DNA of 64,000 nucleotides, from the NCBI RefSeq assembly GCF_023055435.1, contig NW_025964013.1:2976001-3040000 (forward strand), written 5' to 3'. Positions 40,487-52,000 of this stretch are shown piece after piece. Numbering within the stretch: the first letter of the stretch is position 1; each line of letters opens with the position of its first letter. A model generated the notes under the pieces. That model was not told the origin of the DNA. It made no database searches and saw nothing but the letters and a program-made list of their open reading frames with translations. This stretch comes from Haliotis rufescens. Taxonomy: Eukaryota. The translations under genes and the position numbers were made by a program.

Positions 40487-40892
40487 CGTGTTTCACTATC
40501 AACCATGTGTGTTGTGTGTTTCACTATCAACCATGTGTGTTGAGTGTTTCACTATCAACCAAGTGTGTTGTGTGTTTCACTATCAACCATGTGTGTTGAG
40601 TGTTTCACTATCAACCATGTGTGTTGAGTGTTTCACTTTCAACCATGTGTGTTGAGTGTTTCACTATCTACCATGTGTGTTGAGTGTTTCACTATCAACC
40701 ATGTGTGTTGAGTGTTTCACTATCAACCATGTGTGTTGAGTGTTTCCTTTCAACCATGTGTGTTGAGTGTTTCACTATCAACCATGTGTGTTGGGTGTCT
40801 CACTATCAACCATGTGTGTTGAGTGTTTCACTATCAACCATGTGTGTTGAGTGTTTCGCTATCAACCATGTGTGTTGAGTGTTTCACTATCA
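40487..40892. repeat. 28-bp minisatellite (~14 copies)
   Basis: tgtttcactatcaaccatgtgtgttgag. Confidence 0.95.
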
Positions 40893-41224
40893 GCTTCTTC
40901 TTAGGGCCGACTGGCCTTGCGACCTTCCCTGAATGCTATATCCCGTGGCTCAACAGTGAAATCACAATAAAGCCTGATTCATGACCAGTGTGTCACTGTA
41001 GCGTACATCTGTGACATTATCACGTACAGTGTATTTATCTATCATTGACAATGAGGTCACGCACATTCGTGCCGGATACAAAATGTGTCAGGGGAGACTC
41101 GATGTGTCAACAACCCCACTTTGTCCACGTTTCTCTGTACGTGGAGCCATTAGGGGAACTGAGCAACAAGGAATAACGAAAAGTGTTTATACAGTTTCAC
41201 TAGTCATTTATTGTCTGTAGGCTA

Positions 41225-41562
41225 GGACCACCTCCGTGGTCTAGTGGTAGAGCGTCGGCCCGGAAAGCGGAAGTCCGGGATTCGATCCCCGGCCGCGTCA
41301 TACCAAAAGACGTTAGAAGATTGTACTTGTTGTTACCCTGTCTGGCGCTCGGCATAAAGGGGCTAAAACAAGGACTGGTCGGCTCGGAGTCAGTATACTG
41401 TGTCTGAGTGGGGTATTCATGTTAAACTGCCGCATGGTATCTCAGTGAGCTAGCACTATAAATCGGCATCAATCCGGGCTAGCACAAGCAGCCACACACA
41501 CATGTGCACACACCTCGTTATATAAGTGCAAAAACGCGACGTTAAACCAAATTTCACCTCAC
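41225..41562 (+). mobile_element. SINE family 2 copy
   Basis: A box ggtctagtggtagagc, B box ttcgatccc, homologous to 4456-4797. Confidence 0.75.
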
Positions 41563-43135
41563 TCTGCAGTCTAAACAATACTGCTTTTAAGGAGAACTGT
41601 TGTGGAAATTTCGCAAGAGATAATTGTTTCTCGTGACTATACCAACCATACCCTCTATCATAAATATGTTTTAGTTTATTTACGGTAAGTCATTCAAGAC
41701 AAGACCGTGTCTTTTTCTATAAACTTAATTGTTACTAGATTGTAGTTAAATTGTGTTTAATTAATAATTATGAATGTGTTATGTGTTGATAAATGTGACA
41801 GCGAATGCTGTAGAGGATATTTAATTCATTGTAAGCCAGTTGTGTTTTATTCCCCTTTTAAATATGCTTCAGACATTTCACCGCGTAGCATTTTAATTCC
41901 AGAAGTACGTTCTTTTGGTGCATTTCTTAGACGTTTGCCAAAGGACACACCAAGTGTCATAATCATAGTGAATTTCGGATTCAAACCCATCATCATCAGG
42001 GACGATATTCTGCAGAGTACGGATGAAAGTAGGTGTAATAATGTTTGTGGACAAATAATGTCGCAGCATGTGATGTGTTCCCAGGAGCCGTATAATAATG
42101 ATAGTGTTTATTTCTATTTCTTTGTAGTCTAGTGGATAGAGCGTCTGCCCGGAGAGAGGAGGGTCGTAGGCTCGATCCCCGGCCGAGGCATTCCAGAAGG
42201 CATTAAAAGATGGTACTTGGTTACACTAGTTGCCTGGTGCTCGGCAGTAGGGGTCTAAATAAGGACTGGTCGTTTCGGAGTCAGTATACTGTGTGTGAGT
42301 GGGGTATTCATGTTGAACTGCGGCATGGTATCTCAGCACAAAAATATTTAATAGTCCGGACTATTAGAAGGAGACACACTCACCCCAGACGTACACACAC
42401 ACCACACACACACACACACACACGCACGCACGCACGCACTCACACACACACACACACACGTGCATGCACGTCGGTAAAGAAGTGCAATAATATTACAACG
42501 TATACCCATTTTCATCTCACTTCGCTACTACTTCTGCTGCTACTTGTTCGTATAGATATATGTTCGTGGCCTTTCAAATTACATTGGATATGTCAGTCAC
42601 CTTATGTTTATATGACGATTGTGTCAAAATCAAGTCACGTAAATAGACATTGTTGTGTTGTGTCCATGTGTCAATAATCTACCTATTCATTACATTATCT
42701 TGGAACTAAATCTCATATTTTCACGCTCAACGAAATATTTTCTGATGTTTGTGTGGTCGGTAACAGCTTAGTAAATATAAAGATGTTCATGTTAAAATAA
42801 TAAGATAAACCTATGATGAGAATAAGTATTAACATATATTAATATATACCCTTGCTCGGGGCAATATAGTTCCTGTAATCCCCATCACCGTGTTTTCAAG
42901 ACGTCTAAGCGATTCCTAATAGCGATTCAACGTACTTCACTGATGTCCTTAAATGAAATGGCATAGTTAATCTAACCAGATCACGTGAATTCGTCTTATC
43001 ACTGAGAAGAATTCTACCCCGACCATATGCTGGACCTGTTTTATAATCCTTATCTTTAGTGGAACATACCCTAACGATAGAAAAAAATACCTATTATTTC
43101 AATTCAGCTCATCGAGTTCAACAGCCGTTGCCAAG

Positions 43136-46100
43136 ATGAACTCTCTTATTGTCATTGCTTCCTTGGTGGTGGTGTGTGTCGGGCAGGTAGGACAACGAAC
43201 CTTATGTCTTATTCGTTGACAATTGCTATATAAATATGTTTCTGTGTAAACAATGAAGATCTAAATATTATAAATAAATAAGGAATTGCATGTTGTGAAT
43301 GAAAAAGGTCACGACTTGTATGTTAAACAGATGTTAAAGATCAGCAGAATCTCTGCCGCTATTCAAAGCACAGCTAAGACTGTAACTTTTCAGACTCTTT
43401 TTTCCTTTCCTTTTTATCCTTGTTGTTGTGATGCGATTCACGCCTCGCGGCGGTTGCACTGTACAAAGAGACTTCTAACGAATCACCGTGAATCGACAAT
43501 CAAGATGGATGTAATCTGTCCAATGACTGTAGACCCACACCAATAGCCGTACTTTGTAGTGACGCTGACGATCACATGGCTCTTCAAACCATATGTTAAA
43601 TAGATAAGGACTTCGATTCGTCACTGCTAATTGTGGTACTCCGTTCTTTACACGTTAATGCTTGACAGTCATCTCAAAGCGGTGACGTCCTTTATCTTAC
43701 GGTTTTCATGCCATCAGTTAATTCTACTTTGCAAATTCCATAACTTCGACGATTTTAAGAACCTGTCCGCGTGACTTCCCCAAGATGTTCAAGCATGCTG
43801 CTTGTCATTTGTGCGCTACTGTCATGTATTGTCTCGCCATGATGCCTGCTATTACAATGTAACAATCTTTAAACAACTTTCCGGGCAGTGTATTGGGCAC
43901 AAAAGCATGTTTCTCTTCTTTTTAGCGTTTGGGTACCTTCAACATAAATAATATCTAGCAGGTATGACTTGCGCGATCCCTTATATTGGTATAAAAGTGT
44001 ATCTGTTTAAATACATAGCCTCATTTATTACCCAGGTGGTGAAGATACAGGTGTTAAGATATTAAATCCGTACCACACACGTGTGTCGTACAAGGTTGAC
44101 CTTTTTTTATTCGTTTGGATTGGATAACCGTGACCTCTGTCACACCGGGACTACTTTTTTCATTCATAAAAAAATCGCGAGACGTCATTCATTTTGCAAC
44201 TACAAGGAAGAACTGAAGCAATCTCATGTGAGCGAGGGATATTAACAAACACTTTATTAAACCAAACAAGATAGTCACATGTATCAAATTCGGTTTGCAT
44301 CCTATATAAGTTATGCATTGAACTTCCACAGACATTAAATTATCGAGCTATATCCATTTACAATGTTCGACTACCGTTCACTAGTCAGAGGGTCCCCATG
44401 AGCGTGACGCACCCGACCACTTTCGCAATTTCCAATTTGATTTAACGTAAAAGGATAAGCGTGGTGAAATGAAGTCAGTTTAAACTATCTTGACAGATAT
44501 GTAGACTTACTTGTAATGATCCGGTTGTGCCATCAGTGTCGTCTTCGAAGCGTATTTTGTGGCACTGTTTCGAGAGTTGTTTGTTCACGACTGCACGACC
44601 AGATCACTCAAAATGAACCATTCCGATACAAATCATTCGAAAACTCCGTGGAAATGTGCCTCATTTCTGATAATGTGGCCAAAATATCCCAAAGGTGAAC
44701 AATAACATTCCCTATCCCTATTCCCTAGATCACGGTTGTCTTTTCTTATTCCGGTGGTGACCTTGCCCTTCGTTGGAAGCTGTCACTGACATGCAAGCAG
44801 ACTTGAGCGTGTTGATTTTCACGTCTTCAGTAAAGGGTGGTACAGTAAACATGAATGTCTTTGGCGAACATTCTGATTTCCTTCTTCCAAAATGGTACGG
44901 AAATGATATAAATTCAGCTGATAGATCAAGGAAACCGAACCATTTGGAATGCACAGACGGGACCCCGGCAGTGCGAGTGACCGACTGTTGATATTCAAAG
45001 CGTGGCGCTAATATGACTTTCAAATTTTCTTATAGATGTCCTGCGTACTTACAACATGGTGCTTGAATTCTTATAAGTTGAAGAAATTCTTCCAAAAGGA
45101 TCTTGAGCGTCGGTGCTGTTATGTTTTCGATTACAACTGCAGGCGCATGTTGTTAATACGTATGCATAGGAATGTAAACAATGCCCATATTTGGGCAGAT
45201 ATCAATATTCATGCGCAACCAGATTTTGCAACCGGTTTGAGTTTGGTCTGTCAACGGACAAAAGTTGTTATGCGTTTACACTTACATACATATTTAACGT
45301 GGGTAATAAATAATATACCACACTCATTCTCGTTAGATACCATTTTTACGAAACTCGTGAACTTTCTATGGCATCTTACGAGAATGAGTGTAGTATTCTC
45401 TCTGTATCACCCGGTGCTGGTTATACAGAGAGACAGACATACAGATGACGCGGGACGTATAACGTATGACGTAGATATTTCATATAACAACATAACAGCA
45501 TCTATGTTTATAGGATGTAGCATATCAACAATAGGTCACAAGTTGAATATCTGCACATACACATTGATTTCATGATGGCCATAACGTGTAAATGGGAAGG
45601 AGCTTTGTATCCTTTTTATTGCAAACGATTTTACTATTTCGTTGAATTTTCAACAAACAAGCCATGTATGATAATTATGTGTATTATGCGAGTGAAGTGC
45701 GTATGAATACAACGTGTAACATATAAACATGGAGCCACATCGCCTTATTTCATCCATACAATAACACCCATGCGAACCGTTGAGACTGTTGAATTCCACG
45801 CAGAAAAAAACATGCTTGGGCAAGTCAAGTATTCACCCGAACAAGCATAGGAACATGTGTTATAAGTCAAAATAACTAATTGCATCGGACAGTATTTCGG
45901 ACCTGATGTGTCTACCATTAAAAAATGGGGTCTTGAATGTTGTGATCAAACAACTTTTGAGCAAGATTCGTATGGCGTTCTTTGAAATCCTCGGAGAGAG
46001 AGCATGCTCGATTGTTCCTACAGCATTTCACAGCCTCGAAATACTGGAATACTGCCAGATAGCAAGTGAAACCTGAAGTCATCCCTCTTGTCATACAGTC

Positions 46101-48214
46101 ATGTGGATAGCGTCAGGCGGAAAACAAACACTTTATACTTTTATAAAATCGTGTAAGTGGTGCGTCACCCTTTTCGCGAACCCCTCGTGTCGTCACTGTT
46201 TTTCAGTGAACCACTGTTTGCCCATTGAACCAAAAGGCTTCTTCCTTGGCCGTTGACGTTTTAGTTTTGTTGGTTGTGTAAATCCGTGGAAGGAAAACGG
46301 CAATTTGACCATTGCTGAATGATATCGGATCATCAGATTTTGCCCGTTATTTAAATTTACATATATTTAGATTTCAAGGAAAAGACAACTTGGTTATTTA
46401 AGCCAGTTTATTTAGTTGTCCCATGACTCTTTGTTAACAGGCGCAAGATGCGTCAACGACAGCAAAGGTCCATCACCACAGTCACCACTCGCATGCCGCC
46501 CACGCCCACACAACACACGAGCCCAAGGAGACAGAGCAGTACTCCTTTGTCTATGACGGGAGAAGTGTACGTACAAGTAGTGAGTGAGTTTGTTTGTTGT
46601 TTAACGCCGCACTCAGCAATATTACAGCTATATGACGGCGGTCTGTACTTAATCGAATCTGGGCCATACAATCCAGTGATTGACATCATGAGCATCGATC
46701 CACGAAATTTGGATACGACAGCATAATCGCCCTTTATGGCAGGCATGGGTTGCTGAAGACCTATTCTACCCCGGATCTTCACGGGTCTAGTGAGTGAGTG
46801 TATCGGGTTTAACATTGTGCTTCAACTTGAGATGGGAGAAACATGCCACGATCTGGGCGAATCTAAAACTCGCACCCAAGACCATTGACTTCTGGCTGAA
46901 ATCGTCGCCTTAGACGACTGGACCACCCGTGTCCCCACGGAAATGGCAATCTTTTTCTTTTAGGATTAACGATCTATAATTATGGGTTGTCCCATATACC
47001 AATGATAAATTAATAAACTATGCAATATTGCTATCGATGTTGCAGCATGACATGGTTGTGAAGACGGCAGACCAGTGCTACATAATGCCTTTGACAGACA
47101 GACAGAGAAACCAGGTCCACGACCCCGATAACATCAAGAAAGTTGAGGTGACAACATTAACTTGATTCACTGAAGTTTGATAAAACATACGAACAAATAC
47201 GTACAATATTAATATTTGTTTTACTGATATGCTTTGTGTTTTAGAATGCATGTTGTGTTATGTTTTTGTTGTTGAGATACAGTCAGCTGAAGCTTGTTGA
47301 GTGAAACGCTGCCAGTTGCATTACACTGCCTGTTGTGTTAAACGCTCTCTGTGTTTATACACTGCCTGTTGTGTTATACATTGCCGGTTGTGTAATGAGC
47401 TGCCTGTTGTGTTATGAGCTGCTTGTTGTGTTATACATTGCCTGTTGTGTTATGAGCTGCCTGTTGTGTTATGAGCTGCTTGTTGTGTTATACATTGCCT
47501 GTTGTGTTATGAGCTGCCTGTTGTATCATAAACTGACTGTTGTATTGTAGACTGTTGTGTTAAATGTGATACAAATGCGTCTCGTGTGATAGGCCGTTGT
47601 GTTATAGGCTGCGTGTTGTGCTGTTTGTAAAGTCAATACTGCGAATGTTTAAGAATAAATTTTGTGTTATAGACTGCGTATTGTGATGTAGACAGGTTAA
47701 AACATTAGGGGTGCTTGTTTTGTTACAGGCTGCTTGTGACACACTGAGGCTGTTTATTGTGACAGTAGGTCTACGTTTTGTGTTATAGGCTGCTTGTGAC
47801 ACACGAAGGCTGTTTATTGTGACAGTAGGTCTACGTTTTGTGTTATAGGCTGCTTGTGACACACGAAGGCTGTTTATTGTGACAGTAGGTCTACGTTTTG
47901 TGTTATAGGCTGCTTGTGACACACGAAGGCTGTTTATTGTGACAGTAGGTCTACGTTTTGTGTTATAGGCTGCTTGTGACACACGAAGGCTGTTTATTGT
48001 GACAGTAGGTCTACGTTTTGTGTTATAGGCTGCTTGTGACACACTAAGGCTGTTTATTGTGACAGTAGGACTACGTTTTGTGTTACAGGCTGCAGCTCTC
48101 AAACTGATCGTCGACAAGTCTGTTGACAGCAACGTTGACCAGTCCATTCTTGACCATCATCTGGCACATTTTTGCAAAGGCTCCTCCAAGATCATCTTGC
48201 TCAACAACAACTAA
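43136..48214 (+). CDS. Gene D: His-rich paralog, 134 aa; join(43136..43186,46441..46566,47046..47147,48089..48214)
   Basis: MNSLIVIASLVVVCVGQ / AQDASTTAKVHHHSHHSHAAHAHTTHEPKETEQYSFVYDGRS / HDMVVKTADQCYIMPLTDRQRNQVHDPDNIKKVE / AAALKLIVDKSVDSNVDQSILDHHLAHFCKGSSKIILLNNN*; GT-AG phase 0; AATAAA 48293. Confidence 0.9.
44388..46186. mobile_element. Possible decayed DNA transposon (GAG-terminal, Sola-like?) in gene D intron 1
   Basis: Imperfect inverted ends gagggtccccatgagcgtgacgcacc / ggtgcgtcacccttttcgcgaacccctc; no clear TSD. Confidence 0.3.
47711..48093. repeat. 60-bp tandem repeat containing the exon-4 splice acceptor of gene D
   Basis: ctacgttttgtgttataggctgcttgtgacacacgaaggctgtttattgtgacagtaggt x ~6. 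Confidence 0.95.
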
Positions 48215-48609
48215 TCAATGTTCTCATCCTCATAACTAGCCCAGTATCATAACATGTCGTTGTGTGGTTGCCCTGTGTGTATGAAGGAGTGAAATAAATT
48301 GATTATTTGGCACAATGTGTTTCATTGTCTGTGTCATTTGCAATATACATTAGCCAAAACTCATACCCGTCCAGGACTCAGTAACGTTGACATTTTGACA
48401 TTACATAATTATCTCATTGATATGAGACCTAATTTTTGGAGAGTGTTTGTTCGTTTAGTTCAACACCGTTATGAACAATGTTTTAGTTACATCAGGGTGT
48501 GGCAGGGTAATGGGGGGAGAAAGACGCGGGTATCAGACGTCACGATCAAGATGTTTTATTGTACTAAAGGCCTCCGGCCTACAACGAAACAAAGTACAAA
48601 GAGATAATA

Positions 48610-48788
48610 GTGAGTGAGTGAGTGAGTGAGTGAGTATGGTTTTACGCCGCTTTTAGCAATATTCCAGCAATATCACGGCGTGGGACACCAGAAATGGGCT
48701 TCACACATTGTACCCATGTCGGGAATCGAACCCGGGTCTTCGGCGTGACGAGCCAACGCTTTAACCAATAGGCTACCCGACTGCCCCC
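48610..48788 (-). mobile_element. SINE family 4 copy
   Basis: 13-bp TSD caaagagataata. Confidence 0.85.
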
Positions 48789-49009
48789 CAAAGAGATAAT
48801 ATCAGTGAGTACACCACAGCTAAAGAGATGTACTGCATACAATACATATGTGGAGACAGTGTTACAATGTCGGTGTACACAATTATTTTACGTAGTGAAG
48901 TCACGATACCATAAACGTCTTTCTCCGACAAAGTACATGGTAAACAAAGAGTGCTGACCAAAGAATTATTTTTTTCATCCTTGGAGTTCAACAAAGACTT
49001 TACATGAAT

Positions 49010-52000
49010 TCAAATTTGGTTAACGCAGGTATTTCTGTGGGATATATGCTTCCCTTAAATCAGTATAAACAGTACAAACAACTAGCATATGGAAATCATT
49101 CTCTATACAAGTTTGACAGAAAGGACACAATCTAATTGGTTTCGGTATGGAACGCTGTTCAGTGTTAACCATTATTTCAGACAACCCGAGACGAATCTTG
49201 AAGATGTAATGCGCAAACATTTGCAGGTTGTAACATTTAAACACAATTCAGGTTCAGTTAACGATTTAAACATCTTTACATGGTTTATCTTGAACTATTT
49301 TCAAGTGTCTATCTCCAGTCCTGCTGAAACATGTCTGGTGACTTTCTATAAAATATTCTTTGAAAATCCTGTTTATTGCCGACACCTTGATACAACTACA
49401 CATAAACGAAACTGTGATAAAATAGCATATAACGAATATTTGATGCCCATTTTATGTACCCATCATGATTGTCCAGATGCAGAAGCATTTTGTATGCGTT
49501 TCTAGGCAGGGTGTGCATTTCTAAATCTTTAAACCAGTATTTAAAAAAAATAAAAAACGAATACATGTATATTTATCATCCAAAACTAGTTCCCACAGGA
49601 GATATCGCTTGGGTCAGATCAAGCGATAACTACATTGTAGATATCGCTGTTATAAATCACTGCTTGGTCAATCCAGGTCACATGAACATTATGACCATTG
49701 GGACTACTTTTACATCATGAAAATCAACAAACATGGCACATCAAAGTTTTATGCAGGTGATAAAGTGTCAATTGACGCGTCTGGGCAAGCAACAGTTGGT
49801 AAGAATGATGGTGAAGGAAACTATATGTGTAGACTGGATAGAACTGACTACGAAATGGAGCTAATGGAGACAAGAATCAGTCTTATCGGCAGCTGGGCGG
49901 CCGTCAGCGTTACCGTCATCAAGGTCAAGTTCAAGTTGCACAACTACAGGGTCGAGCGAGTCCCTACACTCCCTAAAGCCAATCCCAAATCACGCTTTAA
50001 CCGAAGTCGATGATAGTGATATAGACAAAATGATTGATACGCAGGAAAATGAAAACACTGCTGGAAAGACACTTCATGACATTAAATTGTTGAACCAGTT
50101 TTTATTGTCTATCCTCGAAGGTGTATTCTTAATGAAATTCCACCCGACGATCTCTACACAATACATTGCAAATGAATAATTTCTGTGCGGAAAGAGGATG
50201 GGTGAGTGCGAAACTAACACACTGCGGAGTATTGGGTCGTCAATGGAGAGATACCTGCGCCGACACAATTACAGCTCCTCGCTGAGCGATGACACTGAGT
50301 TTTATGAAAGGAAAACAAAACAATTAAAGTTAATGGGTAAAGATAACTCACCAAACAGGTGTGACGCTTTAACCGACAATGAAATTAATATGTTGTGGGA
50401 GACCAAACAATTAGGAAATTCGTCGCCAGATTCCATAATTAACACTCTCTTTTTTAACAACACCACACATTTTGGTCTCCGTCGGTCCGACGAACACAAA
50501 AAAAATGTTTTGGGTGGATGTTGAGCTCCGCGTTGACAAATGGAGTACCCCGATTTCACAGAAGGGTATCCCAGACAAGACAAGGTTCCGATCACCAGGG
50601 CACCAAGGATGATACTCCTAAGATGATTGTCACTCCTGAAATGTAAAACTCGTTGTCCCATTGAAATATACAAGCGCTACCGTAATTTGAGACCTGGCAA
50701 ATATTCCACTCCAGATTGTCATTTCTACATTGCAAGCTCCACAGTTAAAAATCAAAGTTCGTCATCAGGTGCACGTAAACATTTGGTGCAAACGCTGAAC
50801 GATGCAAACACACGGAAATATCCTCCATTCTTTCAAGATCAAAATCCAGAGCTATTGTACTGCGTTCCGAGATGAACAGGGAGGTTCACAACGCCTGCTG
50901 TTCGCAATATATTGCGAGGTTTGTCCGGTTGCTACCATGCCGCCGCCTTTAACTCAACATGAGCTTCATACGTTTCATCAGTTTTTGGATCGAGTTAATT
51001 TTCAGGTGGTACTTTTACGATTAATGTAAATTATGTTTCAAAAGAAAACACGCCGAACTGCCGTTATATACAGTGATTCAGAATTTTCTCTCTTCTGCCA
51101 CACAATTTGCAAATATCGACTTGACATTTCGCACATACTTTCTTACATTGAAATGTTTTGGTGTGATAAAGGTGCGCAAAAATGCAATCATGCATTATTT
51201 TTGCCGTATGAACTGTGTCTTTAGTGCCGATAATGGCAATTTCATTGTGCAACAATTATTATCAATGAAGACACACACAAAAAGTCTGCTTGTTTTTATT
51301 CACATGCTAAATGTATGCATACGCCAATATTGTGAAGTTCACCCTAAGAAACGCGTAATTCGATTTAAGAATAATAATGGTTGACAAATAAAATCTCACC
51401 CTCGTGTCTTATATCAAACATATCAACACTCGTTATATATATATAATATCTTCCACATTTGCCATAAACTATACAGTTTTCAGTTGACATTCCTGTCGTT
51501 TTACTTGCATATAAATATATCTTCTCTATTGATTCATAGTTTTTAAAACCACAAAGTTCTGACCCGTATAAAAGGATCGACTGTATTTGGACATCATATA
51601 ACGTAAAACAGACTCTCAGGGGAACATGTTCCAGTTTGTATACAGTGGTAAGTAATATGATCATTGCTTTCTTGGCCCTCACAGCTAGAGTCTGGACAGT
51701 TTTTCCTAAATACAAAGTTTTAGTTAATATAATATCCAGGTATTTAAATGCATCCGCTGGACTAACTGAGGTGTTTTTGACAAAACAAATTTTCGGAATT
51801 AGCGAGTTGTCCACCTCCCCTAAACATAACCAGATTTGTTTTATATAGGTTTGCTGTTAGTAACCATTCATCAGTAAACCTTTCTACGATACTGAGCTGG
51901 CTTTGAAGCCCCATAACAGCATCATCAGCATTCCAAAGCATGAAAAACTGTAAAATATCTAGGTACTGTCCTTGCCTGTGTTTCCCATGAAGACCCGTGA

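Noticed and set aside
38088-40892. CRISPR-like regular repeats
   Set aside because: No unique spacers, no cas genes, eukaryotic context
41225-41300. tRNA-like sequences (also at other SINE heads)
   Set aside because: A/B boxes continue into SINE bodies with tails and TSDs; not stand-alone tRNA genes
45036-45575. 179-aa ORF in gene D intron 1
   Set aside because: No recognisable motif; lies within probable TE debris
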